A stretch of 64,000 nucleotides of DNA from Xylographa opegraphella (GCA_022813865.1 JALDZX010000020.1:62001-126000), one strand, 5' to 3'; positions 38,347 through 53,494 are shown, counted from the first letter of the stretch. Notes: generated by a model from the sequence alone, not told the origin. A program made the numbers and translations.

Positions 38347-38936
38347 TTTGAAGCCCAGTGAAGAGTGTGGTTTCGAATCTGGATAGGTGAAGATTAAGTA
38401 TCTTATTCAATAGTGAGCGTTGAGCGTCGTAATCAATAGGCAGCAGGAAAACGTTTCGCGAGCTATGGAAACCTGATAACAACAGCGCCAAGCTTAAAGA
38501 TAGGAAGGAACAAATGTACCTTTAGAAGCGTATGGCAAGAAAAGGTCTCCGTGTTTGTTGTGAGTACTGCTCGCTGCGCGACAGTAGCAGGCTGTTAAGA
38601 GCCATATCCAAAACTTTGGTGGGGCTGACGACTTCCCTAGCGCCGAAGAACCATCCCTCTGAACGCATCATGAGAGCCGTCAATCATGACAAGCAGGAAG
38701 AAGGCTGGAGAGAACCTTTTTTCCCTCAGATTCATTAATGGTGTTATCGATTACCTAATAGCTACAATGGCTTTGTGAAGTATTGTACAAATAAAGAATC
38801 GCTTTTGCCCATGCAGCATAAGAAGACAAGACATGAAGCAAACCTGAGAGGAGTAGCTTAACAGAAAACCCCGCCGCTCTTAGATTGACCATGCTATGCA
38901 GAGACGCCATCAGGTACTCCAAGGAGTAGGCCTAAC

Positions 38937-40887
<1,951 letters not shown>

Positions 40888-41052
40888 TATTGGTGATCTT
40901 TACTTGATATCGGAACTCTGGGAAACAGTTGATAATGTGCACCTTCGTCTTGTGTATGAAGACAATATTTTGGAGAAGCGCGAAGAGCTCCGGTACCCTG
41001 TAGATGTTTAGCTCGAAGAAATTATTAAGTTACCTACCTTGGATATCCTAAG

Positions 41053-41065
41053 GATGATTCTAGAA
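41053..41065. promoter_or_regulatory. Heat-shock-element-like site upstream of HSP60
   Basis: GATgaTTCtaGAA ~170 bp upstream of ATG. Confidence 0.5.
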
Positions 41066-42101
41066 TCGGCATTGGGACGGGCCGGAGAAGTGCCAAGACG
41101 AGAACATGGTCTGCACGCGCAGCATTTTACGGCCATTTTCTATTCATCCGGTTCATTGCAGGAGACTGTGTGCTGCTGTAGCAATAGGAATTAGTGTCTC
41201 ATTGTTATTTGCAGAGCGTCCTAGAAATTCGAATTGCATTATTGTCGCCAATAGCTCGCCATGAAACTCATTTCGGCATGCCTTTGTCCCTGCTATCTAG
41301 CTATATGTCTGTATTGAAGACACCAACGTTATCTTGCACGACGATGACACGAGTTTTTGTGGGCTTCTCGGCATGTCTTCCGTATTCAGGTCACGGTCTC
41401 TCTGCACATGATACTCCCGGTCTGGCTCCTTCAAGCTGGCATATAGGTTCCATCTGAATAGTCCGACATCGTCCGAACAGAAAACAAGTTCTTTTCAGGA
41501 GTACCATTCACCAAGTCTTTGGATATGAAGTCTGCGGCAACTGTAGCAACCGGCTATGTGCTGGCATATCACTCAAAAACGTCATGGAATTGCAGGCCAA
41601 CATTTATCCCCGACTTACGAACGTTGAATCCATAAAACATGATACTTTCACAGCACAATGCAACAATCACACCGTGGTGCCAATTTTGGGTGAACTTTTA
41701 TCCGTCTGATTGCGAATGAGCAAAAGAGTGCTAACAATGTGAGTGAAGCCAAATGAGATGCAAGGCAGCTCGATATCGGAATATCCATCCAAGTCTGCCG
41801 GACATATCGAAGAAAGCCTTCACAATTGAAAGCAGTGAGAACAGCCCATTGATCAGGGCGTCGCATACAGCAGCAACATTAAAAAAGAATATTCTCATGA
41901 GTGGTAGATCTCACAACAGGTGAAATCAATCAAAGCCTAGTTCGAGAAGGGTAAGCATTGCAACGTCCCGAACGTTCCACCACTACCACTAGCCTCCCCT
42001 TAGTCTGATGATATCTCAAATCCACAATTGTTCATCTCACAGAGATACAACTTATCACATGCTGTGAACGATGACCGCGGTTGTATCGATCCGTTGCCAC
42101 T

Positions 42102-44084
42102 TCAAAGGTCTTCTCCATCAGGTTCGCCTACGAAGCGGTCGAAAACTGTATCGAAGGATTCAACACCAAGGAAATCAGTATTCAATGCCGTATCAAAGCC
42201 CAGAGTAGGATTCTGCTGCGCTGAAGTCGTGGATGAATATATATCGGTGAGCTTCTCCCCGTTACTAAAATCCATCTCCTTTGCTTGGTTGTTATCTTGC
42301 CCATAATTCTGAATGTATTGTTGCCCATTTGTGGTAGGGCTTGTAGACATACTGTTGGTTCTAGTATCGCTGAGGCTCGAAAAATTGCTAGACCGCAGTA
42401 TTTGCGATGGCAAGGCGTTTGGTACAAGAGCGTTTGATGGCGATACATGTGATGGCAGTGCATTACCGAAATTTCCTCCAGAAGCGTACTCACTATGTCC
42501 TGGAAAGCCGCCACCACTGACCGGAGTTTGAGGTGCTGTCATAGAATTAACACTACGGCCACCTGCATATTGATTGCCATAGAGACCACCACCCATTTCG
42601 TTGCCATAGAAATCTCTCGGAAAGACTGGAAAACCTTGACCGATAGTGCGGGGCGGGTTCATGAGTTCTGGCATAGCCGAGCTATACGGAACACCAGGGA
42701 ATGCATCGATGTATGGACTGGTGTGATATTGTGAGTGATGTCCAAACCTGAAATTCATTCCAATGGCGTTAGAATTGTATTGGTTGTTCCAATTGTTGCG
42801 AGGCATCGATCCGCCGACACCGCTCATTCCAAGGTCCATGGATGCGCGACGGTTGATGTTTGGAGGCAGATGGCCAAAAGATTCGGCGACAGCTGAGGTT
42901 GTGTAGCCTAAAGGAGCTGTCAAAGTATATGAGTTACCGAGGGCTTTCAGATATTCCAGAGAACGCTCACTTTTCCCAACATGGAGAACAGTGATGTTAT
43001 TGATGTCATCTACTTTCTGTTCTACCGACATACTGGCGTCTCTGCTGATCTCACCTCCGTAGCCAGCTACTTCTTCATTGTTCTCCGCATTCTCGCCTTC
43101 ACCGGGGTCAGTTACCGACTCTTCCTTCAATGCAATAGATTCAACTCCCTCAAGTTTTAGGAAAGACGAACCGGCAGCCACATGAGGCTCGTTGGTCTCG
43201 TCGTCTGTATCATATTCGGACCCCCCGTTGTGTAGCCGGGCATAATTTACGTTAGTACGACGTCCAGTGCGCTCGGTAACTGTCGCACGAGTCGCTTCGG
43301 GGCTGGTTTCCTTCATCGGGTTTTTCTTGGTGGCTTCGAAGGTATCTGGTCGAGTTCTCCTTGCAATTTTGCTATTCTTGTTCGACTGTCCACTTTGTGG
43401 GTTCGTCATCGTACCATGGTTATCCTCCTCGAATTCGTTTTCAACATCACGCTTGACCCTTTTCTTTCGCACTTCCCCAAAGGCTGCCTCCGGGTCAGAA
43501 GCTTTATCAACATCGAATTCCTCTTCGTCATCATCATCCTCGTTAGAGGTGATGTTGGACGAAGCTGCCAGTCTCTTCCCTTGTCGCCCTTTCCTCGTTC
43601 CTCCCGAACTATTCACAGAACCAGTGGAGAGGGTCAAGTTTCCACCGCTACCCCGCTTCAAAGGGTCTGGTACTGGAAGGCCTTGTTCGACTCTTCTGGC
43701 TCGTAGCTTCGCAAGATGTTGGATAATTGCGCCAGCAGTAATCGTGCCTCCAAGCTGTGACCCTACTTCATCCCACGGGAGCTTGATTGACTTCTGGTTG
43801 CAAATCTTCTGCAATAGCAGGAGCATTTGGATATCCATATCCTCTAAGGTGTGTTAGCAAATACACAGAGGCTGCGATATTTTGAGGCCAGAAAGAAATT
43901 ATGAAACCAAGCAGAACCTTCAGCAGCTCCAGTGGTGGCCATCATTGCGATTTCGTTATTCTCTTGGAAAGGTTACGTGAAATGCAGGGTATGTTTATAA
44001 ATATGATCTTTTCGGAGAGAGCAACGTACCGGTCCATCTGACAAGGTTTCGCGTGGGAGGACGCTTGGATCGTGGTCCTGTCAT
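42102..44084 (-). CDS. Cluster gene A: Myb/SANT-like N-terminal domain + long disordered tail (~600 aa; intron 43844-44029)
   Basis: Spliced MTGPRSKRPPTRNLVRWT|EDMDIQMLLLLQKICNQKSIKLPWDEVGSQLGGTITAGAIIQHLAKLRARR; 578-aa open exon. Confidence 0.85.
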
Positions 44085-45132
44085 TTTGTGTGATCTTCAA
44101 GACTTGGGAATATGGGTAAATCCGTGGAGTGACTAAAGAAGAGTTCTGGGTACTCTGCTAGATCTGTGATTGAGATTGGGTTTTCTTGTCAGCACGACCA
44201 ACAACGACACCGATGCCCGGAAAATAATGTATTAAGAAGAGGATGAGCAGTGACGAAACACTTCTAGTATGAAGTGTGTTTTTTGTGTATTTCAATGGAA
44301 GTGAAGACGAAGACGCTGCCATAAATGCAGCAAAGCAGTGTATAGAAGCGCAAAGACGGCTACCTTACGGCTGAGTCCAATCTCGCCCACATAAGGCGTT
44401 GTGCGTGCACATCATGGATCTCGCCAATGATCTTGGACAAGGATGGACAGGTTGGACATACCGTATTGTACGAGGAAGAAATAAAATCAGCGTTGTTGAG
44501 AGCGACACGTACTTAACAGCTCAGCAAGAGACAAAAGCAATAAGCACGAAGTGAGTGGACCGTGCAAGAAGGATCAAGCAAGGTGGTTGTGGTATATCAT
44601 GATGATGTGATCAGGTGAAGGTGATCCTGAGCTGAGGGGTTCTTACGACGCTCGCTGTTCTTTACACTATACGTCTTCTTAGGCTAGGACCCCTTTTTTG
44701 TGAATTTCGACTTCGGCGTCCAGCAGCCGATTATACCCGACAAAGAGTGTGAATATGATTACTAAGTTCACCAGAAGGACTTCTCGCCTCTCACGGAACA
44801 GCATCTACAAGTTTCAAACAACAGGTCATATGGCACGAAGACCTGAGGCGTGGCCACGCTAAGCATTTATTGGTTTCAGCATTTTTCGGCTGGGTGATAT
44901 ATTGGCTAAGATACTTAGGTGTGGCCCAGTCTTCTGTGTATCTAATGCCTGCTTTGCTCAGTGCAAAGCATCCAACAAGATTTTGCCTATCCTAGTGCTT
45001 CTGTTCTGGTGGACTATTAAGGACTTGGAGTATAGGCTCAGACATAAACTTCAAGAGCCTATGACGAAGCACTTAGAAGATTGGCAAGACATTCAGTTTG
45101 CCTCTGGTTCTGAAGGTGTTGGGATTAGCATG

Positions 45133-45776
45133 CTAAGCCGACTGTATGTTCGAACGGTTTTTCTTACTGAGAGTCGCTTCTGAATCTCCGGGCTCATCCA
45201 CTCCTAACTCATTTTCGTCTTCGCCAGCTGGATGACTGCCATCAGACTCAATCGCCTCCTCTTCAGTTTTGTTGATAGCTGTAAAGGTAATCCTCGGAGA
45301 TGTTGCTGGTTTTTGGGAAGCTGTTTTTTGTTTCTTTGGTATTGCCGTCTTTGCTGAACCGCTCTTACGCTTGGAAGTTATATGAGCTGCTACGGCTGGC
45401 TCTGACTCTGTGTCCTTGGCTGCCTTTTTGAGCTTCTTCATACGCTCTTCTACAGCACGCGGGGTGCAGCCCATCTGTGCAGCTATGGCCACGTAATCAA
45501 TAGGTACAGGGTTTTGCGCAATGACAGCAAGCAGTAGCTCCTTTTCAGCCTCGGCTATTGGTCATGTCAGCAAGCGGATTGCCGTCAGGAAGCCATGCAG
45601 AACTCCGACGCTGTGAGGGTAACAGAGCTTGAAGTTACGAGCTATGACGATTTGCACTGACGGGAGGGGAGTGTGAGCTCAAGTGAAAGGGAAGTGCAGA
45701 CTCTTGTAAGGGGTAGGTCGAGTGATTCTGGCATTCTCCACTTACCGGTCCAAGTCATCTTCCGGATTTCCGACAT
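45133..45776 (-). CDS. Cluster gene B: small Myb/SANT-like protein (intron 45555-45745)
   Basis: MSEIRKMTWT|AEAEKELLLAVIAQNPVPIDYVAIAAQMGCTPRAVEERMKKLKK + Lys-rich then acidic tail; GTAAGT donor, CTGAC branch, TAG acceptor. Confidence 0.85.
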
Positions 45777-46815
45777 GATACTCAGCATGCTATTATCTAC
45801 ATCTAAACCTTGATCGGCTAGCATTGATTGTATAGACACTACTCTTGAAGAAGTTTTATCGATGTAAGGATCAAAGTTGAGGTAAAGTTGGATTGGTTCT
45901 AAGCTCGAGGAAAAGACTTGGATGGGTGTAGAAGAAGAAGATATCGGCTCTACTAAAGTAGTCGATTAACATTGTCCAATCACGTCAAATTTCAGGTGTC
46001 CCCGGGCATGAGCCTTCACAAATTGGCTCATCTAACACACCAGAAACGAGGGGCGTTTTGATTCATCACTCACGCAGAATGGCCGGAACGTTCTTATGCT
46101 TGGGACACGACGTTACGCGGAGTAACCGGAATGTTTTATACATGGAGTACAACATTATACAGGGTAGCCAGTACGTTCCTTTACGTGAAGCACGACACTC
46201 GGAATTGAAGGGCATGTCACGCAGGCCATAGGCCAGTATAGCGATGATCAGGTATTACGTTTATCTTCGGATCATCCCAAAAGTCGACATTGTATCTTGT
46301 ATCGCAAGGCTCTCAAAAACGATGGACTCCGTTAGGCGGAAAACGCCTTGATCACAAGATTGTCCGATTGGTGGGTACTGGTAACCTCGGGAATACTGCG
46401 GAGCACGGACCAGTATTTCCCTTTAATATCGTGGATAGTTGCGGCCGGCGTTAGACGAGTATCTTGATATCAACTACAACAATGGAAAGCGTAGATTTCA
46501 AAAGTGGGTTCTGCGCTTTGAGGATTTGCAGCTGTATGCTACCTCTACGATTCAACGACATTGATACCTAAGAGAACGACTATCGTGCAATCTGCGTCGT
46601 AGAGAGTCTGCTTTTCACTATGAATGGCTAATCAAGAGTTGTGGCTACTATCTCTCATAAATGACTCTCAAATTAACGCCAAGTTTAACCCATACGGAAC
46701 CATCTTGAGCTGAAATAGCCCTAAGCATCGATAAGGGGTGGATCTTTAGACCTGTGCGTGTCGGATTCAAGACGAATCACTGGGTCTCCAAGCTGTCCTT
46801 CAATAACAGCCAACC

Positions 46816-47561
46816 CTAATCCACGATGAGAATGCTCTGCTGAGCCATATCTCCGGCTCCTGCACGACTTTCTTCTCCCCCCTGGGGTGATTGTACCGTA
46901 CCAGAAGTCTCGAAGCTCTGCGGAATGTTGATTTCCTCGAAACCCCCAGCAACGATAAATTCGTTGAAAGCACTGCTATCATCGCCAGTGCTGGATCCCG
47001 CCGTCCCAGACCCATATCGCAGCCACGGATAGTCTGTATCGGCAGATGTATCCTCCGGTACTTGTACTTCATCCTTGACGATCGTTCTATCAGAAATCGT
47101 GCAAGCTACCTCGTCTTTCACTTTTCCCAGACCTTCATCGTCATCCACTGGCTGGTTGCTACCCTCATCAAACTGATCGTGTTTACGTTTCTTGGACCCC
47201 TGGACGTTCGGGTCATCTTTGCGACGCAAAGCCGGTACTGCTGAGTCGCGGGAGCAGATGGCTTGATGGATACCGTGGGCTTTCATCATGCGCTCATAAC
47301 GTTTTGCCCTGGGTTAGAGAAAGTACCGTCAGTAGATGGCTCGAGATAAGTGGCTCGATGGTGGCACAGGGATGGTGAGAGTGGCTTACGCTGCGCCCTT
47401 GGTAACGATCGCACACTCTTTAGCTACCTCGGTGAAGTCCACCTGAGGCTTGTCAGCCTGAATATCATCGTGACTTGGGGTGGACTGACCTTTCCGTTGT
47501 TTGAATAGCGGATACATGATATCAGAAACTTGAACTGCTCGTCGTTGTTGAGTCGGGGCAT
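46816..47561 (-). CDS. Cluster gene C: small Myb-like protein (introns 47443-47489, 47309-47389)
   Basis: MPRLNNDEQFKFLISCIRYSNNGK|VDFTEVAKECAIVTKGAA|AKRYERMMKAHGI + KKRK and acidic tail. Confidence 0.88.
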
Positions 47562-47710
47562 AATGGAGAGTGCGAGTTAAGCAGTGTATCTCAGTTATTT
47601 GTGATGAAATATAGTTTGCAGCGTTGAAGCCCGAATATCGTGCTGATGACTGGTCGAGGAATGAAAGTGACGAAGGTTGTCTGTCACTTCTACTGAGAGG
47701 GACGTGAAGG

Positions 47711-47790
47711 GACTGGGTAAGTTGGGACTGGGTAAGTTGGGACTGGGTAAGTTGGGACTGGGTAAGTTGGGACTGGGTAAGTTGGGACTG
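47711..47790. repeat. Perfect 15-bp tandem repeat (GACTGGGTAAGTTGG) x5.3
   Basis: Five identical units plus a partial unit, read directly. Confidence 0.97.
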
Positions 47791-48292
47791 AAGTCAACAC
47801 TTATAGGATATGGCATCCCGCTAAGGTCAAAGACTTACGAAAGGGTCATTTGAGGCACGAATGAGGATTGCCAATAGCCATGCAAACACTGAAGAGGATA
47901 AGGAGGATGGATGCTGGAAAGGGAAGCCTGCGTCGCTACATGAAAGCTCCTCTTTTCAATGCAGCTTGTTCAACGGCACCTTGCATTTATCACCGTAAGC
48001 ATAACTCGAGATCTGCTTCGCGACGTGCTTTGTTTTTCTCGATAGAACATGCTCGCAGATGGAAGCATGTGGACTAAAGATCAGTATGGATTGAAGAATC
48101 CAACTTCCACATCTGCTTCGGTAAACGTATGGCCTTTACCACCGATTCTCTACCACCGGCAACTTACTTGCTGCACGGGCAGCATATCCAGCTTAACCAA
48201 TTTGAACATTGAAACGCCACCATTCCAAGGCCCAAAGAAGATAAACAAAAATTTGCCAGCAAATATGATTACCAGGCAATGATGGACAAAAC

Positions 48293-48924
48293 CTAGGCCT
48301 CCTCCAACTCTAGCTCCTCCTTAATCGCTTGCTCATCGTCGCTATGCTCACTATTTGCGGCTTCCTTCTTTGGCTCAAGCTTTACCTTCTTGTTGGTTTC
48401 CTCAACATCATCTTCATCCTCCTGCACTTCGATCGCTGTCAAGCCTTTCTGAGGACGTCCACGCCCTGCTTTTCCTTTGGGCGTCCCCTCAGCGTTACGC
48501 TTACGCGAAGATGTCTTGGTTGCTGATTTGGTAGGAGAAATGCCGTTGGTCGTTGCACTTGTAGTTTTGTACTTGTTCATAGCCAAACCATACTTCGCGC
48601 GTGCCATTTTGCCGTCTTTATAGCCATACTCGAGGGCGATGGCATCCCAATTACACTGTTGTGTTTATTAGTTTTTGACTTTTTGGGTGTACGACTGTAT
48701 GGTATAGGGCAGGACAAGATACTTGTGTGATAACATATGACAGACAATGGTACTGTGAGTAGTGATCGGATCAAGAGGGCATACGATTTGGGAGAGAACT
48801 AGACCGAAGCGGTAGTGAAACTTACATCGGGATAGCCCTTCATATGTTTGAAAGCGATCTGTATGAGCCTGGTTTCCGCAGGTGAGTAAGCGGGGGTCGT
48901 GGCCGGCTTTTCTGGTGACGACAT
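48293..48924 (-). CDS. Cluster gene D: small Myb-like protein with AT-hook-like motif (intron 48656-48825)
   Basis: MSSPEKPATTPAYSPAETRLIQIAFKHMKGYPD|CNWDAIALEYGYKDGKMARAKYGLAMNKYK; tail TPKGKAGRGRPQK, acidic end. Confidence 0.85.
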
Positions 48925-49870
48925 CTTTGATGGTGAATGGTAAGTGAACGATGGGTTATTTGGAAAGACTGGGCTGGATGTTGTAAGTAAAAAATGGAGG
49001 CTTCCGAATATGAGTTCTTGGCTATATATGTACTACTTACAAGCAGTTTGACGTTTGGTTGATACTAGTATGGTGTTGTGGGAGGTTGAGGATGAGTATT
49101 AACGGAAGATTGGTATCTGGTTGAAATTTAGGATGGTCACTGAGGGAGCGCTATCTGAGGTTCAGGATGAGAACAAACGCTTTAATAAAGTGGATATTGA
49201 GCCGAGGACAGAAGCAAGAAGGGAGGTGATGCTTGGTTCGAAACGTGTGCACTAGTTCAAGTTCCGTGTCGGGTATTTCGAGGGGAGAAATCCAAAATGA
49301 CAAGACAGACTTGTCTTCATTAAGCTGTGATAGGATGAGCTGAGAGCGAGTCAAGTCTTAATCGATGAGGTTTTCTTACACGAAGCTCAAGTATCGTCGT
49401 GGTGGGAAGGTGGAAGTGCAGTTAAGAGGTAGGAGAAGACATTATGCCAACTCGGCTATGGTGACTCGCTAATTTGCTACTAATAAACGTGGTCCGCAAT
49501 TGCAGATACGCTTACGGTGATGAGGGCTAAGGAAGAGACCACTCAGACCCCATCTCCGCTTGCAGGTTACCACAGGTATACCTTGCACTCCCGAGTAAAG
49601 TAGACAGAAATCGAGGAATCAAAATTGAAGGCAAATCCCGGTTCGGTTGCTCACAATACTATGCTCTCCAAACTTCAGATGAGTCCCAGAATACCAGATT
49701 GTTGCCGTGAAAGCTATCCAATGCTCAAGCAGACAAGACTTTCAAGATTTATAGTCCTGTGCTGCTGCTGCAGTAGCTTCGTTGTCCATCCCTTCCTTCC
49801 GTTGGTATAAGGGGTCACTTTCTCTGTGGCGAGTGTTGGCAAAGCTAAGCATCATCGTGCCTGGTACCAC

Positions 49871-50441
49871 TCACGAGTTTAAGAGCGTGTCGTTCTCCTC
49901 AAGCTCATAGTCTGCAGCATTTTCAACTTCATGATTATCGTCGGCTTTAACCTTTGCACATTTCTTCGCGTTTTCATCCGCGTCAACGTTGCTAGCCACT
50001 TTGGCAACGTTGCTATCTTTCCGCGCCCGCTTAGTTCGAGAGCCGGGGGTAGCAGTCGTCATTCGCTTGTTGCTCTTGGTTGTTGAAGCGTTCGGAGTAG
50101 AAGATTCGGATTCAGCTTTGCCAGAGCTGAGTCCATGCTTCTTCACAATCTGCGAGTACCGTGTGGAGGCTACTTTGGCATTCTTGAGATTGGTAGCTTC
50201 AGCCACCTTGGCCCAGTTGATCTGAACGACATTAGTCTTCTAAAATAGGGCCAGAATGAATAGACATATCTCTCGGATAGAGATGACAAAGTTTGGAGAA
50301 GTGCAAAAGGCCTTGGGAATCGGATGGGACGTTTGCAACTCAGGACGAGCTCACCTTAGGCTTACCTTCAGAGAATTTGAAGACCTGAAAGATGAACATT
50401 GCATCTTTGCTCAACGCGTCATTTGTGGGAACAGATGTCAT
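49871..50441 (-). CDS. Cluster gene E: small Myb-like protein (intron 50222-50354)
   Basis: MTSVPTNDALSKDAMFIFQVFKFSEGKPK|INWAKVAEATNLKNAKVASTRYSQIVKKHGL + basic then acidic tail. Confidence 0.85.
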
Positions 50442-51184
50442 ACTACCAGGAAGGTTATCAAGAGCTGATCCATCAAGTCTAGAAGTCTACTCACTTGGCG
50501 AGGAAACTGAGTGGTGTTCTTGTAAGATAGCTTTAGTAGCGAGTACGAAGCTCAGCTTACTGATCGAAGGTGGACAATTGCTTGTTCTTGTAGTAAGTAG
50601 ATTCGTCCAACAGCGATGATAGCTACGTTGTGAAGTTGATGAGATTGAAATAAGCTGCAAAGTTGAAGGTTGCCTTGAGATCAATCGATTGACAAGCTCA
50701 TTTCGTTTAGATTAAGCGGTCTAGCTAGGGCAACGATTATAATGGACTGGTTTGTCATTCACGCCATGAAACGGGTATTGGTCATCTGCGACTTGGAGGG
50801 GCAACGAAAATGATCTTCGAAGAATCTGATCTCTGACACGGATTCCATGTGAGGCTTCCATCAATCTGCAAGGGTGCCGTTGTGTCCGGGTCGCGCTAAG
50901 GTAGATCAAACAACTAAAGCATGCTTGTCCAGGTGTATCCTGGCCTCGACTGATGATAAATATATGTGCCATATACTCTACAGCGAGATATGCTGGAGAA
51001 CGGTGGGTGAGTCGTGGTTCGAACTAATGAGGGATATTGAGTTCGACATTGGACTAAAATCAGGAGTCCTTTTCCCAATATACATGTCTGTCATGAAGCA
51101 CGCTTGAACTCATCCTTACCAACGAGCAACACAAGCCAGCCAGCATAAACCCCCTCCATTCCCTGAAACCGCCGAGCATCCCTT

Positions 51185-51927
51185 TTAGAAGGCATCCGTA
51201 GATTCCAACTTCACATGAGAATGTGGTTCCAACTTGAGTGCTGATCGCTCGTCAGAAATCTCAGGCAGCTTAGGTAGGGCTTCGGAAGAAGTTGATGGGT
51301 CCATGATAGGCTGTTCTGCTAAGGAAGATGAACTGTTCGCAAGGACAACCGAAGAGAGCCCAGATACAGAAGGTTCCGTGTCTTCTGCGGTGTATAGCCA
51401 ATCGTCCATTGGCTCTTCTTTAACGGGATGTTCGGGCTTGATGTGAGGTTCAGGTTTGATAAGTGCCTCTGGTTCTTGAAGAAGATCTAGCTTGACAAAG
51501 GGCAATTTCTTGCCATTTGATCTATGTGTAGAGTCGTCATGGCTATTTGCGGGGGCTTGCCGATCCATAGAGCCGGATTCCAAGTTGGAATCCTCTGCCT
51601 TAGCACGCTTTCCTGCAGCCTTGGCAGTCTTCTCAATCTTCGCTTTCTTGTGCTGTCGGGGTTCAGTCCTAGGCTTGCGAGGGGTAGGTGGTATTCCTTC
51701 CATGTGCTGCTTGAAGCGCGAGAAGCGCATGCGTGCTGCATGACCATTAGTGATATCCAGCTCAGAAGCCACGGTATTCCAGTCGATCTGAGGTCTGTTA
51801 GTATTATAGTTTAGAGGTTTCTTGGGATGAATACAGATTTGTGATCGAGCTGCTTCAAGATAGTATAGAGGAACCGGGAAGTAGCGCTATCACTCGGCAA
51901 TACTGTGCTCCTACGAAGGCTTGCCAT
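51185..51927 (-). CDS. Cluster gene F: Myb-like protein (intron 51788-51834)
   Basis: MASLRRSTVLPSDSATSRFLYTILKQLDHKS|IDWNTVASELDITNGHAARMRFSRFKQHMEG; tail with IKPE/VKEE/LKLE repeats. Confidence 0.9.
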
Positions 51928-53010
51928 CTTGAGTGGAAGCACAAGACCACAGAGATGTGGCTTTTTAGCGATGTAGTGAATGATATTATCTCTCTCGATT
52001 GGTATACAAGAAGGGTTCCACACAGCATGCTATGCTTTGCAATACTAGAGATGTTCTAGGAATTCTTTGGATCAGTGACAAGGGGTGAGCGAACGCTTGA
52101 AATATCCCACATTGGAACCCACCGAACTGCCAGTGTCTACCATTATAAGATAAGAGGCCTTTGATGCAGCCATACTTTCCTTTGATTGCTCTCTGACGCA
52201 GAGCTTACAGCCAATGGCTTGCTCGACTAGCCGTGTATCAACCGCGACACTGAATGGAAAACGTTCACCAAGTGTCGCAGAACAAGAGAGAGCCTTGTGA
52301 AAGCGGGAGGTCCGTGCGTCCCACCACCGATGCCGGGCCGGCTAAATATTGTGCCTAAATCAACAACGAGTTTGCTTCCTGCAGCATGTTGCATGTCTGC
52401 CACTCCTTTGTTGAGAGACAACCTGTCACATTGCAGGTCTAGCGAGGTAGGCCTGCTGCATCTTCGCTGCAGCGCGTCAGAGTTTGAAAGAGACACCCTA
52501 AATGCAACAACTCGTTGATTTCATTAGCTATAACTTGTCACAGTGGATATCTATGATGCCTGGTAGTTTTTATAGCTGGAAATGCAAGGTACTTCTGGGC
52601 GGCAAATCAGGAGTGCTGTCTCGATGCTTGCATCTGTAGCTCTCGCCAGCGTAGATGGTTTCAATGGATCGTATTGCTTGTGGAAGTTCTTTTCCGGAGT
52701 ATTCTAGGCTCTTCAGATGCTGGATGCGAATCGAGGATGTTTGTTCTGATATTTTGTACTTCCAGCTGCAATGTGGTTTGGAGCATTTGGACTCTCGAGT
52801 TTTTTAAGCGAACATTCTTCTGCCAAGACTAGATCATAGTTGTCCGCACAACGGAAGTGAACCGAAGTCTGACCATCCAAAACACTTTCAAATCCCACAT
52901 TAGATTTCCATACTTTGAGCATATCTGGTTACACAAGTCTCATCGACAGCAAACCAAAATATCCACATCATCGCTTTACTCGATCAAAGCCAGACGCGTC
53001 CGAGTTCAAA

Positions 53011-53494
53011 ATGCCTGTCAGATGGGATTCGGATTCAGAACTTAAGCTTACAATGGCCATCATCAAGGCCACCAATGTCAAACCGAAAGCCTCGGATAAC
53101 GTGGCATCTATGCTGGGAGACACTTACACAGGGGAGGGTGTCCGGTCAGCTATTCTTCATTGCTTTTGTGGATTATCTCATCTCACTGCCGTGTAGCCAG
53201 CACTATCAAAAGATGCTCAAACGCGTGACCTTCGCCGCCAACGCATCCTCGAGCTCACAATCTGCATCTGCCATCTCACCAACGGCTTTGACCACTTCTG
53301 CCGATGACTCTGTAAAGGCACTGAAAAACCAACCCTCCTCGCGCGGTGTGAAGCCAAAGGTATCACCCATGAAGCGCAAGAAGAACGAGGAGGAAGAAGC
53401 AGAGGAGACCGAAGGGGAACAAGAAGAGGACGCAGAAGTAGCCATCAAGGCCAAAAGGATCAAGAAAGATCACCGTGGAGACGATGACGAATAG
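53011..53494 (+). CDS. Cluster gene G: small Myb/SANT-like protein (intron 53145-53196)
   Basis: MPVRWDSDSELKLTMAIIKATNVKPKASDNVASMLGDTYTGEGVR|QHYQKMLKR; tail SPMKRKK + Glu run. Confidence 0.83.

Noticed and set aside
47711..47790. CRISPR-like or telomere-like array
   Set aside because: No spacers, eukaryotic context, and the unit is not TTAGGG
47595..47816. ORF with SPNLP repeats
   Set aside because: Translation of the 15-bp minisatellite upstream of gene C; no other coding evidence
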